In this document: piece after piece, positions 1 through 7,080 of the stretch
Layout: the number at the start of each line of letters is the position of its first letter
Numbering within the stretch: position 1 is the first letter of the stretch
IMG/VR virus record: IMGVR_UViG_2636415610_000010
Length of the DNA stretch: 9,014 bases
Direction: 5' to 3' (one strand)
Source of the DNA: a virus
Taxonomy: Duplodnaviria > Heunggongvirae > Uroviricota > Caudoviricetes
The notes under the pieces: generated by a model
The model's database searches: none
Seen by the model: only the letters and a program-made list of their open reading frames with translations
Told to the model about the DNA's origin: nothing
Position numbers and translations under genes: made by a program

Positions 1-221
1 ATGTTCAGGCTTGTTGTCCTGCGCGCGCGTATTGCTCGTGAAATTGCTGTACCCAATAGTGATGTCCGAAAAAACCTCCGTTCTCACATGAAACAGCCAT
101 ATGCAACTGGTAACTGAACAGACTGGTAGACCGTTCGTTCAGTAAATACCTGATATTTTCGCCAACGAGAAATTGCGTTGGCTGGCAGGGTGCAAATTTG
201 CACGATGGACTAACCCATTGA

Positions 222-246
222 TTCTTTCGAAAACCCCCATTGGGGG
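222..246 (-). terminator. Possible weak intrinsic terminator downstream of the PerC-like gene
   Basis: CCCCCA-t-TGGGGG hairpin at 234-246; on the minus strand it is followed by TTTTCGAAAGAA (complement of 222-233). Short stem and interrupted T-tract, so weak. Confidence 0.3.
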
Positions 247-362
247 AAAAGCCTAACTCATTGGTTTTCCCACAATCCTCAATTTGAGGAATGTACCTAA
301 AACCATTTTTATAGCTCCGATCCCTTCAAAGTGAGGGGTAATTTGCCAAAACAGAGAGAGCA

Positions 363-650
363 TTACTGTCTCTGGCAATCTTTATCGCGATAACGCCTGA
401 AGTACCCTCTCGCTTCCTCATCCATACCAAGAGCCGAATGAGTCCGCTTAACTGCCTGTCTTAAATCTCCGAATCTGTCTGTAGTTGCTGGTGGGCGTGC
501 CGCCTTACGGATACATTCAGAGCGTCTGTTTGCTGCATGTTCACGTTCTTTATCGCCATCTGCCAGCATCATGACTTCTGCCCATCGTGCGGCAGCTCTC
601 CGGTATAGCCCTTTTGACTCCAGCTCTTCAGCTTTCCTGTCCCTTATCAT
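363..650 (-). CDS. Small basic regulator, PerC/Pch-family-like (95 aa)
   Basis: ORF from track; GAGG Shine-Dalgarno 5 nt upstream of the ATG. N-terminal LESKGLYRRAAARWAEVM matches my recollection of the PerC-family signature (LE..GLWRRAA.RW). Family call is from memory, not a search. Confidence 0.55.
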   Translation of the reverse strand: MIRDRKAEELESKGLYRRAAARWAEVMMLADGDKEREHAANRRSECIRKAARPPATTDRFGDLRQAVKRTHSALGMDEEARGYFRRYRDKDCQRQ

Positions 651-686
651 TTCTGCCTCTCAGATTATATAGATAAGCAAAAAGGT

Positions 687-807
687 GTTGGTTCAGTTGG
701 TTCAGTTGGTTCAATTTGTAAAGATCGTTGTTTTTATTGTGTTTTTTCTGAAATATTGAACCAACATCAACTCATTTTGAACCAACACAGCCCAGCTCTG
801 AACCAAC
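687..807. repeat. Iteron-like array: 3 contiguous tandem GTTGGTTCA plus 3 inverted copies at exact 21-bp phasing
   Basis: Directly seen. GTTGGTTCA at 687-695, 696-704, 705-713; TGAACCAAC (reverse complement) at 757-765, 778-786, 799-807. A T-rich spacer lies between the two sets. Sits in the divergent intergenic region between the genes at 650 (minus) and 910 (plus). Confidence 0.85.
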
Positions 808-909
808 AACACAGCGATAGCTTTGTGATTGGCCCGTTATTTTCTGGCTGATATTTGAGCGTATAACAGTGTTATACAGTGGTATACTGTATGGATATTA
901 CTCACTGAT

Positions 910-1353
910 ATGGTCTTTGCAATGAGCAAATCTAATCTGGTCGCGTTCCGCATCCCATCTGAATTGCAGGATGAGTTTAATCGGTCTGTTCTCGCTTCTG
1001 GAGGGGATAAAACCTCCTGGCTTGTTGATGCGATTCGCATGAAGCTGGGACAGCCGGAAAAGTCTATTGATTCACGAATGCTTGGGCTGGTGGAGCGCAT
1101 GGAAAAAGCCGCTGCGTCGCTTATTGCCGGAAAGCCGAACATCCCACCAAAGCCATATAACGAAACGGCAGTTATAAAGATCATTGCCGATACCATCCGA
1201 CAGGGATTTGATAATGGGCGTGTGATAGCGGAACGGCTCAATGAAGCAGGCTATCAAACAAAAGCTGGTAAAGCATGGGATAAAGACATTTACAGCGCGT
1301 GGAAGCGTCAGGGAAGCAATGCTGAAAAGTTATCAGTGGCTCTAAGAATGTAG
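910..1353 (+). CDS. Arc/Mnt-type ribbon-helix-helix DNA-binding protein with C-terminal recombinase-like HTH segment (147 aa; alternative start at 922)
   Basis: N-terminus LVAFRIPSELQDEFNRSVLASGGDKTSWLVDAIRMKL has the strand-helix-helix pattern of Arc/Mnt/CopG repressors. C-terminal IAERLNEAGYQTKAGKAWDKDIYSAWKR resembles the recombinase-type DNA-binding motif. No clear Shine-Dalgarno at either candidate ATG. The overlapping minus-strand ORFs 837-1241 and 1072-1257 look like shadow ORFs. Confidence 0.7.
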   Translation: MVFAMSKSNLVAFRIPSELQDEFNRSVLASGGDKTSWLVDAIRMKLGQPEKSIDSRMLGLVERMEKAAASLIAGKPNIPPKPYNETAVIKIIADTIRQGFDNGRVIAERLNEAGYQTKAGKAWDKDIYSAWKRQGSNAEKLSVALRM

Positions 1354-1369
1354 CCCTATATTTTGATTT

Positions 1370-1747
1370 TTAGACGTGCTTGGAGAACAGGTAGCGTGCC
1401 ATCACTAAAACAATGCCAAAGACTTCAGCGAGGGTTCCCCCCATAAATAGGTTTATAACGAAATCACTAAAATGGAGCAGTTTTGCTCCAATAAGGACAA
1501 AAATCCCATTCATAACTAATAGCTGGCCTATCAGAATGCCGATAAACCACCGAGCAAACATTTTTTTCAGTTTTGTGTCTGTTTTTAAATCTTTTGTTTT
1601 TGCACGCTGATGGGCTTTGGCTGGATCCTCATCATTTAGATGTGTGAGGGTTTTTGCTGATGGTGATGAGCCAGAGGCTGGTTCACCTCTGGCTTGTCTT
1701 GCCGCTTGCTTTAGTTTTTCAGATATAGCGTAAGATCTAGACGTCAT
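1370..1747 (-). CDS. Small membrane protein: charged N-terminal ~60 aa plus two C-terminal transmembrane helices (125 aa)
   Basis: ATG at 1747-1745 lies 3 nt after the TGA stop (1753-1751) of the upstream peptidase gene, so the two are translationally coupled. Lys/Ala/Gln-rich N-terminus, then two hydrophobic helices (FARWFIGILIGQLLVMNGIFVLIGAKLL and FVINLFMGGTLAEVFGIVLVMARYLF). AT-rich coding sequence. Confidence 0.7.
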   Translation of the reverse strand: MTSRSYAISEKLKQAARQARGEPASGSSPSAKTLTHLNDEDPAKAHQRAKTKDLKTDTKLKKMFARWFIGILIGQLLVMNGIFVLIGAKLLHFSDFVINLFMGGTLAEVFGIVLVMARYLFSKHV

Positions 1748-1750
1748 TAC

Positions 1751-2233
1751 TCATCGAAGCCCTAAATTCTTTAGGCGATAACGTATAGCATCATCGGATA
1801 CACCAAAATAGGAAGCCATCATTACTGGTGCATATCCTGCATTGTTGAGGCGTCGAACCTCTTTTTCTGGCATGAGAAGACATGCTGCAAAGTTATTGGC
1901 GAATATTTCTTCGCTGTCTACACCTTGGCTTGCCAGTTTTCCGCGGTAATCAACAAACTCATATTCAAGTGGCTGACCGTTCTCAGTTCGTTTGACGTAA
2001 TGCCCTAACTCATGCGCACACGTAAATCGTTTGCGCACGTTACTATCATTACGATTGAGTATGATTACTGGATCTTGTTCTGGCTCTTTCAGCAATGCGC
2101 CTGAAACATCATCATCAAGCGTGGTTTCAACAACATCCAACCCTAACTCATTGGCAATCCATACTGGATCAACCGGGAATTTCCTATCGCCCCAGATATC
2201 TTTCAAGAGGGCATGTGCAGATGTATTCGACAT
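1751..2233 (-). CDS. ImmA/IrrE-family (M78, DUF955-type) zinc metallopeptidase, 160 aa from ATG at 2233
   Basis: HEXXH zinc-binding motif in FTCAHELGHYVKR. Strong AAGGAGGTGA Shine-Dalgarno 5 nt before the ATG at 2233-2231; the track's GTG start at 2239 falls inside that Shine-Dalgarno. Size and motif are typical of ImmA-like anti-repressor proteases. No HTH/XRE partner is encoded next to it. Confidence 0.85.
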   Translation of the reverse strand: MSNTSAHALLKDIWGDRKFPVDPVWIANELGLDVVETTLDDDVSGALLKEPEQDPVIILNRNDSNVRKRFTCAHELGHYVKRTENGQPLEYEFVDYRGKLASQGVDSEEIFANNFAACLLMPEKEVRRLNNAGYAPVMMASYFGVSDDAIRYRLKNLGLR

Positions 2234-2308
2234 GTTCACCTCCTTTGATTATGGTTAAATAGTCGAAATTTTCACCACTTCCCTTGTGGATATATTTACA
2301 TATAAAAG

Positions 2309-2330
2309 GTAACTAGTCACTAACCAACAC
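2309..2330 (-). promoter_or_regulatory. Operator-like site in the peptidase promoter region: imperfect palindrome GTAACTAGTCAC plus an iteron-related AACCAACAC
   Basis: Seen 75-95 bp upstream of the peptidase ATG, in an AT-rich stretch with -10-like hexamers. AACCAACAC (2322-2330) is identical to 9 nt of the iteron copy at 778-786 plus its flank. Confidence 0.3.
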
Positions 2331-2943
2331 AAATCTTTTTGAAGACAGATGGGGGGTGTTGAACGGTTTTTAAATGATTTCTTTGATTTTTAACAGCAAT
2401 AAGGAGCATTTTTAATGAAATTAGACGTTGATAATAACTTTTTGAGCAATCTTTACATATCATGGTAGCCTTCTATGCTGTTTTTCCAACTAAAAGATTG
2501 GCACATTTATCCGCTGGTAGTGGCGTTTTTTCGCCGCCAGCGCCTCTCTGGTTCCATTCCTTACATCTGTTCAAATTCAGCAACCCTTGCCGCGATCTTG
2601 CCGTTATCGAGAAGCTCTTTCGCTTTTCGGTTAATACTATCGGTCTTCATATTGCCAGCAGCATACGCCATCCGATAATTTCGATGCTACGCGCGCGTAC
2701 TTGTCGCAAAATATCAGGCAAAGGCCAGATTCAGAAAGTCGTGATAACCACCAGCACAACATGAGAGGTCATGTAACGCGATTTATCACACCAGATACAT
2801 GTGATTGGTGTACCCGCATAAAACATCGTCATAGCGCGTCCTGTGCGCATATACGCCGATAATCAACACATCACCACCACTCTGTCTTATGTAGAGAACA
2901 GTTTTATGGTGCTCCCCGCCATCGTGTGCGTACTGGTCGGACG

Positions 2944-2967
2944 CAGTTGCAAAAAATTTTGCAACTG
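2944..2967. promoter_or_regulatory. Perfect 24-bp palindrome CAGTTGCAAAA-aa-TTTTGCAACTG, candidate operator for a dimeric regulator
   Basis: Directly seen: 11-bp arms with a 2-bp centre, in a region with no convincing ORF. Shares the TGCAAA/TTTGCA half-site with the 14-bp palindrome GTGCAAATTTGCAC at 190-203. Confidence 0.4.
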
Positions 2968-3184
2968 ATACCCCTCGCGCGCGTACTGGTCACGAAATTG
3001 GTGTTTTGCTGTGGCAGTGATATCAGAAAAATCTTCCTGTTTCACATAAAGCGGATATGCGCGTACTGTAACGGCCCCATCAACGGGGATCGGATTTGAA
3101 ATCCTGACCCAAGCTATGTACCAAATGCCATGTCTTGGATATATGATGATTGCCATTCTAAACAAAGCTAAAGGGAGGGTTGGT

Positions 3185-3535
3185 GTGAATGCTCAGGCTG
3201 TCATCATGGTTTTCCTTGGTCTGATTGTCGCAAAACTATATCCAGACTGGTGGAAAGGGGCATTAGCAACTGTCGCCATCTATTTGCTTTTATCCGTCGT
3301 TAAGCGATCGTTCGTTAAGACCGTAAATCAAGCAAAACGTTTCTCATTTAAGAATTTAATAAACTATATTACTGGGCTTATTTTTTGCCTTTCAATTTTG
3401 ATCGCTTCAGCTTTTTTGCCCGTATCAATAGCTAATTTTTTTGGCGCACCATATGAGGTAGGTTATCTATTCTCTGTTTTTTGTCTTGTTCTTTCCCTTC
3501 TTTACCTATGGATGAGAGCAAAGAACAAAAATTAG
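3185..3535 (+). CDS. Small multi-pass inner-membrane protein, possible superinfection-exclusion (SieA-position) protein; 116 aa from GTG 3185, ORF open from 3116
   Basis: GGGAGGG Shine-Dalgarno (3173-3179) 5 nt before the in-frame GTG at 3185. Three to four hydrophobic helices. Markedly AT-rich (about 35-37% GC against about 50% in the flanking operon). Convergent with, and immediately downstream of, the gp16-like gene, as sieA is in P22. Confidence 0.6.
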   Translation: MNAQAVIMVFLGLIVAKLYPDWWKGALATVAIYLLLSVVKRSFVKTVNQAKRFSFKNLINYITGLIFCLSILIASAFLPVSIANFFGAPYEVGYLFSVFCLVLSLLYLWMRAKNKN

Positions 3536-3549
3536 CCATCCGTGGCTAA
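3521..3549 (-). terminator. Intrinsic terminator of the minus-strand ejection-gene operon
   Basis: Hairpin TTAGCCA-tccg-TGGCTAA (3532-3549) begins 5 nt after the stop of the 701-aa gene. On the minus strand it is followed by TTTTTGTTCTT (complement of 3521-3531). Confidence 0.6.
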
Positions 3550-3553
3550 CCAG

Positions 3554-5659
3554 TTATTGAGCTTCTTTTTGTGATGCCTGTGCGACTCTGGTGAGCGATT
3601 GTGTGACCGTACTGATCGCTCTGTCATATGCTGTGCTACCTTTTGGTGTATTTGCCAGACGTAACAAGGCATTTCGTATAACAGGGCTTTCGTATGCCTT
3701 CGCTGCTCCGCCTACGGCACCAGCAGCAGGAACAACAAACGCAGCTGTTTTTAGCATCCCCGCTAATACTGCTGCGTTTATGATGCCACCACCAACTAAC
3801 AATCCATAAAGCTGCTGACCATTTAAGTTTTGAACGTTCGCTTTTGCCGCGTGTCTTGTATCGTTGAGGTATTTAATAACGCCGTCCAGTTCCTTTCCAT
3901 GTACGCCTTTAAAGAAAGTTGCTGATTGCTTCCTGTTCCGGTGTAACGCATTAATAAACTTCTCAACACTGATATTTCCAGACGGATCAGTCGCCTTATC
4001 TACAGCATTCTGAACTATGGCTGCTCGTGCGTTTTGCCTACCATTGTCATCCAGAAGCCTGTAAAGCTGAGAACGTTCTGATGGGCTTTGGCTAAAAACG
4101 AGTTTTGTTACATCCTCAGGCGTGGCCTTGCCGCTGGCTATTGCCTTTTGAACGCGCGTTCTTCCCATCATGTCATTGAATTTAGACCATGAGCGATCAA
4201 CCCTTGCCATATTAATGGCTTCGTCTGCTCCAAGATTTTTGGCTACGGCTTTTTTCATATCCGCCGTATATGCCTTGTAGATAATATCGCTGGCTTTCTG
4301 GAGCGTATCTTTATCAACAGTGTCAGATGACGCCATAAATCGCTTTCGAAGATCGGTTCTGTTTTCCCTCGCCAGACGCAGGTCATTTGGTCCGCTGGTG
4401 ATATCGTCTTTAAATTGCTGCAAGACTTTTACCGCGGCTCTATCCTGAGATTTGCCCGGGCGGCTTAACACGGCAATCTGATTGTCGATAGCTTTTACCG
4501 TGTTTGAGAGATCGACAGGGGTATCCCCCATAGCGTCAATTATGCGGTTATATCGCTTTCCTGCTGCCTCAATGAATTTTTGTTGCCCTTTAGTCGCAGA
4601 TTCATAAAGCTGTTTATCAGAAATGCCACCCAGACCATCGCTAAATGTTCTGACTAAATTTTCTCGTGCTTGTTGTTGATTCAGCCGATTCTTACCGGTT
4701 CCAAAAAAAGGAACTCTTTCGCCTAATGTCTGAGCCTGACTCTGCATAAAGGTTTTATCTTTCAGCATGTCACTGGTCATTAACGGCAGATTTCTTTCCG
4801 ATGCAAAGTCGACAGCAGCCTTTGCTTCAGGCGACATATCACCACGAACAGCCCTCGAAACCGCACTCGCTGTATTTTCCAGCCCCTTACCAATACCACC
4901 AATGCCAGCAGAAATTACCGTTTGTAACGGATCAATATCTTCTCCACCAGCAAGGCTGGTGGCTCCCTGTAGTGCTAAATCTGTAGCTGCTGATTTTCCT
5001 ATGGCACCAAGCACCGTTCCAGCCCTGCCCGCTGGTGTAAACGCCAACGCATTAGCAAGAAACGAAGTCAGGTCTTGCGGTGATAAACCAGGCTTGTTTA
5101 GGGCATAATCACCTGATGGCAGAGAAACGATAGTATTCCCCTTCTCATCCTGCCTTAATGTCGCCCCCATTCCCTGGAGAATCTTTTCCTGAGACGCGTC
5201 AGAGCCGAAAAGTTGAGACCATCCAGCCTTTAGGGCATCCATGCTTAGTGAGTTCAATTCTGGGGCAGAGGCGACATTTTGCAGTCTCTCCATCTCTGGA
5301 GTCATTCGGCTTTCGCCTGTTATAGCATCCCGCATCGCAGCCCCAAGACTGGCTCCCTGTTCTGCTGAACGCTCAAGCCCCTCTCTTTGCTGAGTAGCTA
5401 ACTTTGCATACCCTGACGCAAGAGAATTATCAGATGATGTATGTTGAATATTTTGAGTTGCTGATTGGGATCGGTCTATTTCATTCGTTGATGGTAGTGG
5501 ATAGGCAGCATAAAAAGCCTGCTTAGCCTGCTCTACACTTTCTCCGGCTTGCGGGGCCACGACTTCATTGAAGTATTGATCCTGAGCCTGCGCTTTTTGT
5601 TCTGGTGCTAACGCCTGATACTGTGGAGAGGCGATAACATCTTTCCATGCTTTAGCCAT
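3554..5659 (-). CDS. Phage DNA-ejection (injection) protein, P22 gp16-like by position (701 aa)
   Basis: Last gene of a four-gene coupled operon; its ATG overlaps the upstream stop (ATG at 5659-5657, TAA at 5661-5659). Gly/Ala/Gln-rich with low-complexity segments. Assigned by size and order, not by alignment. Confidence 0.55.
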   Translation of the reverse strand: MAKAWKDVIASPQYQALAPEQKAQAQDQYFNEVVAPQAGESVEQAKQAFYAAYPLPSTNEIDRSQSATQNIQHTSSDNSLASGYAKLATQQREGLERSAEQGASLGAAMRDAITGESRMTPEMERLQNVASAPELNSLSMDALKAGWSQLFGSDASQEKILQGMGATLRQDEKGNTIVSLPSGDYALNKPGLSPQDLTSFLANALAFTPAGRAGTVLGAIGKSAATDLALQGATSLAGGEDIDPLQTVISAGIGGIGKGLENTASAVSRAVRGDMSPEAKAAVDFASERNLPLMTSDMLKDKTFMQSQAQTLGERVPFFGTGKNRLNQQQARENLVRTFSDGLGGISDKQLYESATKGQQKFIEAAGKRYNRIIDAMGDTPVDLSNTVKAIDNQIAVLSRPGKSQDRAAVKVLQQFKDDITSGPNDLRLARENRTDLRKRFMASSDTVDKDTLQKASDIIYKAYTADMKKAVAKNLGADEAINMARVDRSWSKFNDMMGRTRVQKAIASGKATPEDVTKLVFSQSPSERSQLYRLLDDNGRQNARAAIVQNAVDKATDPSGNISVEKFINALHRNRKQSATFFKGVHGKELDGVIKYLNDTRHAAKANVQNLNGQQLYGLLVGGGIINAAVLAGMLKTAAFVVPAAGAVGGAAKAYESPVIRNALLRLANTPKGSTAYDRAISTVTQSLTRVAQASQKEAQ

Positions 5660-7080
5660 TAATCACCCCATAGTGAAGAAAAGTTACTGCTGGCTGCTGG
5701 CTGTGATACCTGCTCAGATTGCGGCAATGTCTGCGACGAAGAAGAAGTTCCTCTGTCAACTGCTGAAATAACCCGCAAAGCATCATAAGCTCGACCAGAA
5801 GCAGCTTTCAGCGAATTGAACTGGTTTTCCATCTTCCGGCGCTTGGTATCAATGGTTTTTGTGGAGTCGCCAGGCTGAGGGAAATACATTTGATAATATT
5901 TTGACATTTCAGCAGGTACGATAGCTGCCCCTGTTTCCTGACGGAGTATTGCCATTATTGCGTCATTAGCATTAACAACGTATTGCTGCTCTGTTGGGCT
6001 GAGCGTTAAGTTAGCCAGCGTCCCATTACCCAAAGCATTATTAATGACCGCCACTCGCTGTGGGCTAAGCTGGTCTTTCAGTGTATCTATTGAATCAAGA
6101 GCATCCCTAACCCTGTATGCAAATCCAGCAGCTTTTTTAGCCCCTTCTGGCGACTTTTCCATGATCTTTTGGGCTGTTGGCAAAGCTATTGGACGAAATC
6201 CATCTCCAGATATTGGCTGGTTTAGTTTTCCCTGCTCTTCACTTCCGTCTGTGTAGTATTTTGTGACAGTGCCATCATCGTTTTCTCTAACACTCATTAA
6301 TTTTTTGGCGTTTGTATTAATTCCAGCCGCTGCCGCAAATGCCGCCGCCCCCTCTGGATCCGCCTTTAACATTTGAGCGTACTGATTGTAATTCTGCATT
6401 GCTGCTGTTGGTGCATATGCTGACGTTAACGCATTTGCTCGGCTAATATCCTGCCCTCTCGCCTGAAGTGCTTCGCCAGCCTGATTGCTGCGGATTGTCT
6501 CTGCCAACTTGCCACGCTCAATATCCCGACCTTCCATTTGATCTTTGATATCGAAATACTTCTCATGACCGAGAGAAAACAGTGCCATACTACCAGCAAG
6601 CCGCTGGAACCCCTGTGGATCATTAACATGCATTTCGGCAACAGACTCAGGAGAAATTCCCAAGCGACGCATTTCATCTTCGTTATCTGCTATGAATTTT
6701 CCAAATGCCCCAGTTCCGAGCGAAGATGCGATTTGAGCACTAGTCGCAAGATGACCAATAGAATTTCTCTGGTCGTCATCAATAAAGCCCATCCCTTTCT
6801 GAACGCTTTCAAATTCTTCTGGATACTCAGAAATAAGACTGCGCATTTTGTTTCTGTCTCCAGACTCAAAAGCCCCGGCATATGCTTTCTGAAACTCTGC
6901 TTTACGCTGTTGTTGACGTGCCTGCTGATTAATCTCAGCAACGCCTCTTAGCCCCTGTAGCGCCATTAAACCTACGTTTGGCTGCTGCTGATACTGCACA
7001 GGCTGAGGAACGGAAGAACGAGGAGCATTATCATTTTGCGGTGCCATGCTAGGCAGCCCGCCAAGTTGCCATGTCGCCAT
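5659..7080 (-). CDS. Phage DNA-ejection protein, P22 gp20-like by position and size (473 aa vs 471 aa)
   Basis: TAATG start/stop overlap with the upstream gene at 7078-7082. Gln-rich N-terminus (MATWQLGG...). Confidence 0.6.
   Translation of the reverse strand: MATWQLGGLPSMAPQNDNAPRSSVPQPVQYQQQPNVGLMALQGLRGVAEINQQARQQQRKAEFQKAYAGAFESGDRNKMRSLISEYPEEFESVQKGMGFIDDDQRNSIGHLATSAQIASSLGTGAFGKFIADNEDEMRRLGISPESVAEMHVNDPQGFQRLAGSMALFSLGHEKYFDIKDQMEGRDIERGKLAETIRSNQAGEALQARGQDISRANALTSAYAPTAAMQNYNQYAQMLKADPEGAAAFAAAAGINTNAKKLMSVRENDDGTVTKYYTDGSEEQGKLNQPISGDGFRPIALPTAQKIMEKSPEGAKKAAGFAYRVRDALDSIDTLKDQLSPQRVAVINNALGNGTLANLTLSPTEQQYVVNANDAIMAILRQETGAAIVPAEMSKYYQMYFPQPGDSTKTIDTKRRKMENQFNSLKAASGRAYDALRVISAVDRGTSSSSQTLPQSEQVSQPAASSNFSSLWGD

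Noticed and set aside
1-117. Open frame running from the window edge to a TGA at 115-117 (38 codons)
   Set aside because: Too short, and with no upstream context I cannot tell the true frame or strand. May be the 3-prime end of a gene to the left, but not callable.
850-905. ACAGTG/ACTGTA-rich sequence upstream of the ribbon-helix-helix gene, examined as a possible LexA box
   Set aside because: No CTGT-N8-ACAG arrangement is present; only short direct and inverted ACAGT repeats. It may still be an operator, but not a LexA site.
837-1257. Minus-strand ORFs 837-1241 (134 aa) and 1072-1257 (61 aa)
   Set aside because: They lie entirely antisense to the better-supported ribbon-helix-helix gene, have Ser/Cys-rich composition that does not look protein-like, and lack ribosome-binding sites. 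Treated as shadow ORFs.
1413-1610. Plus-strand ORF of 65 aa
   Set aside because: Antisense inside the 2-TM membrane-protein gene; no ribosome-binding site; composition typical of an AT-rich shadow frame.
254-2154. Repeated 11-13 bp string CCTAACTCATTGG / CCCTAACTCAT at about 254, 1996 and 2142
   Set aside because: Two copies are inside the peptidase gene and encode ELGH/ELGL peptide motifs; the third is a short intergenic match. Most likely coincidence or codon-driven.
2031-2258. Plus-strand ORF of 75 aa
   Set aside because: Antisense to the HEXXH peptidase gene, which carries a real catalytic motif; Ser-rich shadow frame.
2415-2468. 17-codon ORF (MKLDVDNNFLSNLYISW) with an AAGGAG Shine-Dalgarno 8 nt upstream
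   Set aside because: Too short to call and no attenuator-like structure seen. Noted only because the ribosome-binding site is strong; could be a leader peptide or chance.
2462-2764. Plus-strand ORFs of 100 aa and 67 aa, and a 36-aa minus-strand ORF (2561-2671)
   Set aside because: None has a ribosome-binding site or protein-like composition, and they overlap palindromic and CG-repeat sequence. May be pseudogene debris, but I cannot support a call.
2887-3165. Minus-strand ORF of 92 aa
   Set aside because: Uses a TTG start with no Shine-Dalgarno and runs through the palindromes and CGCG motif copies; more likely a non-coding regulatory stretch.
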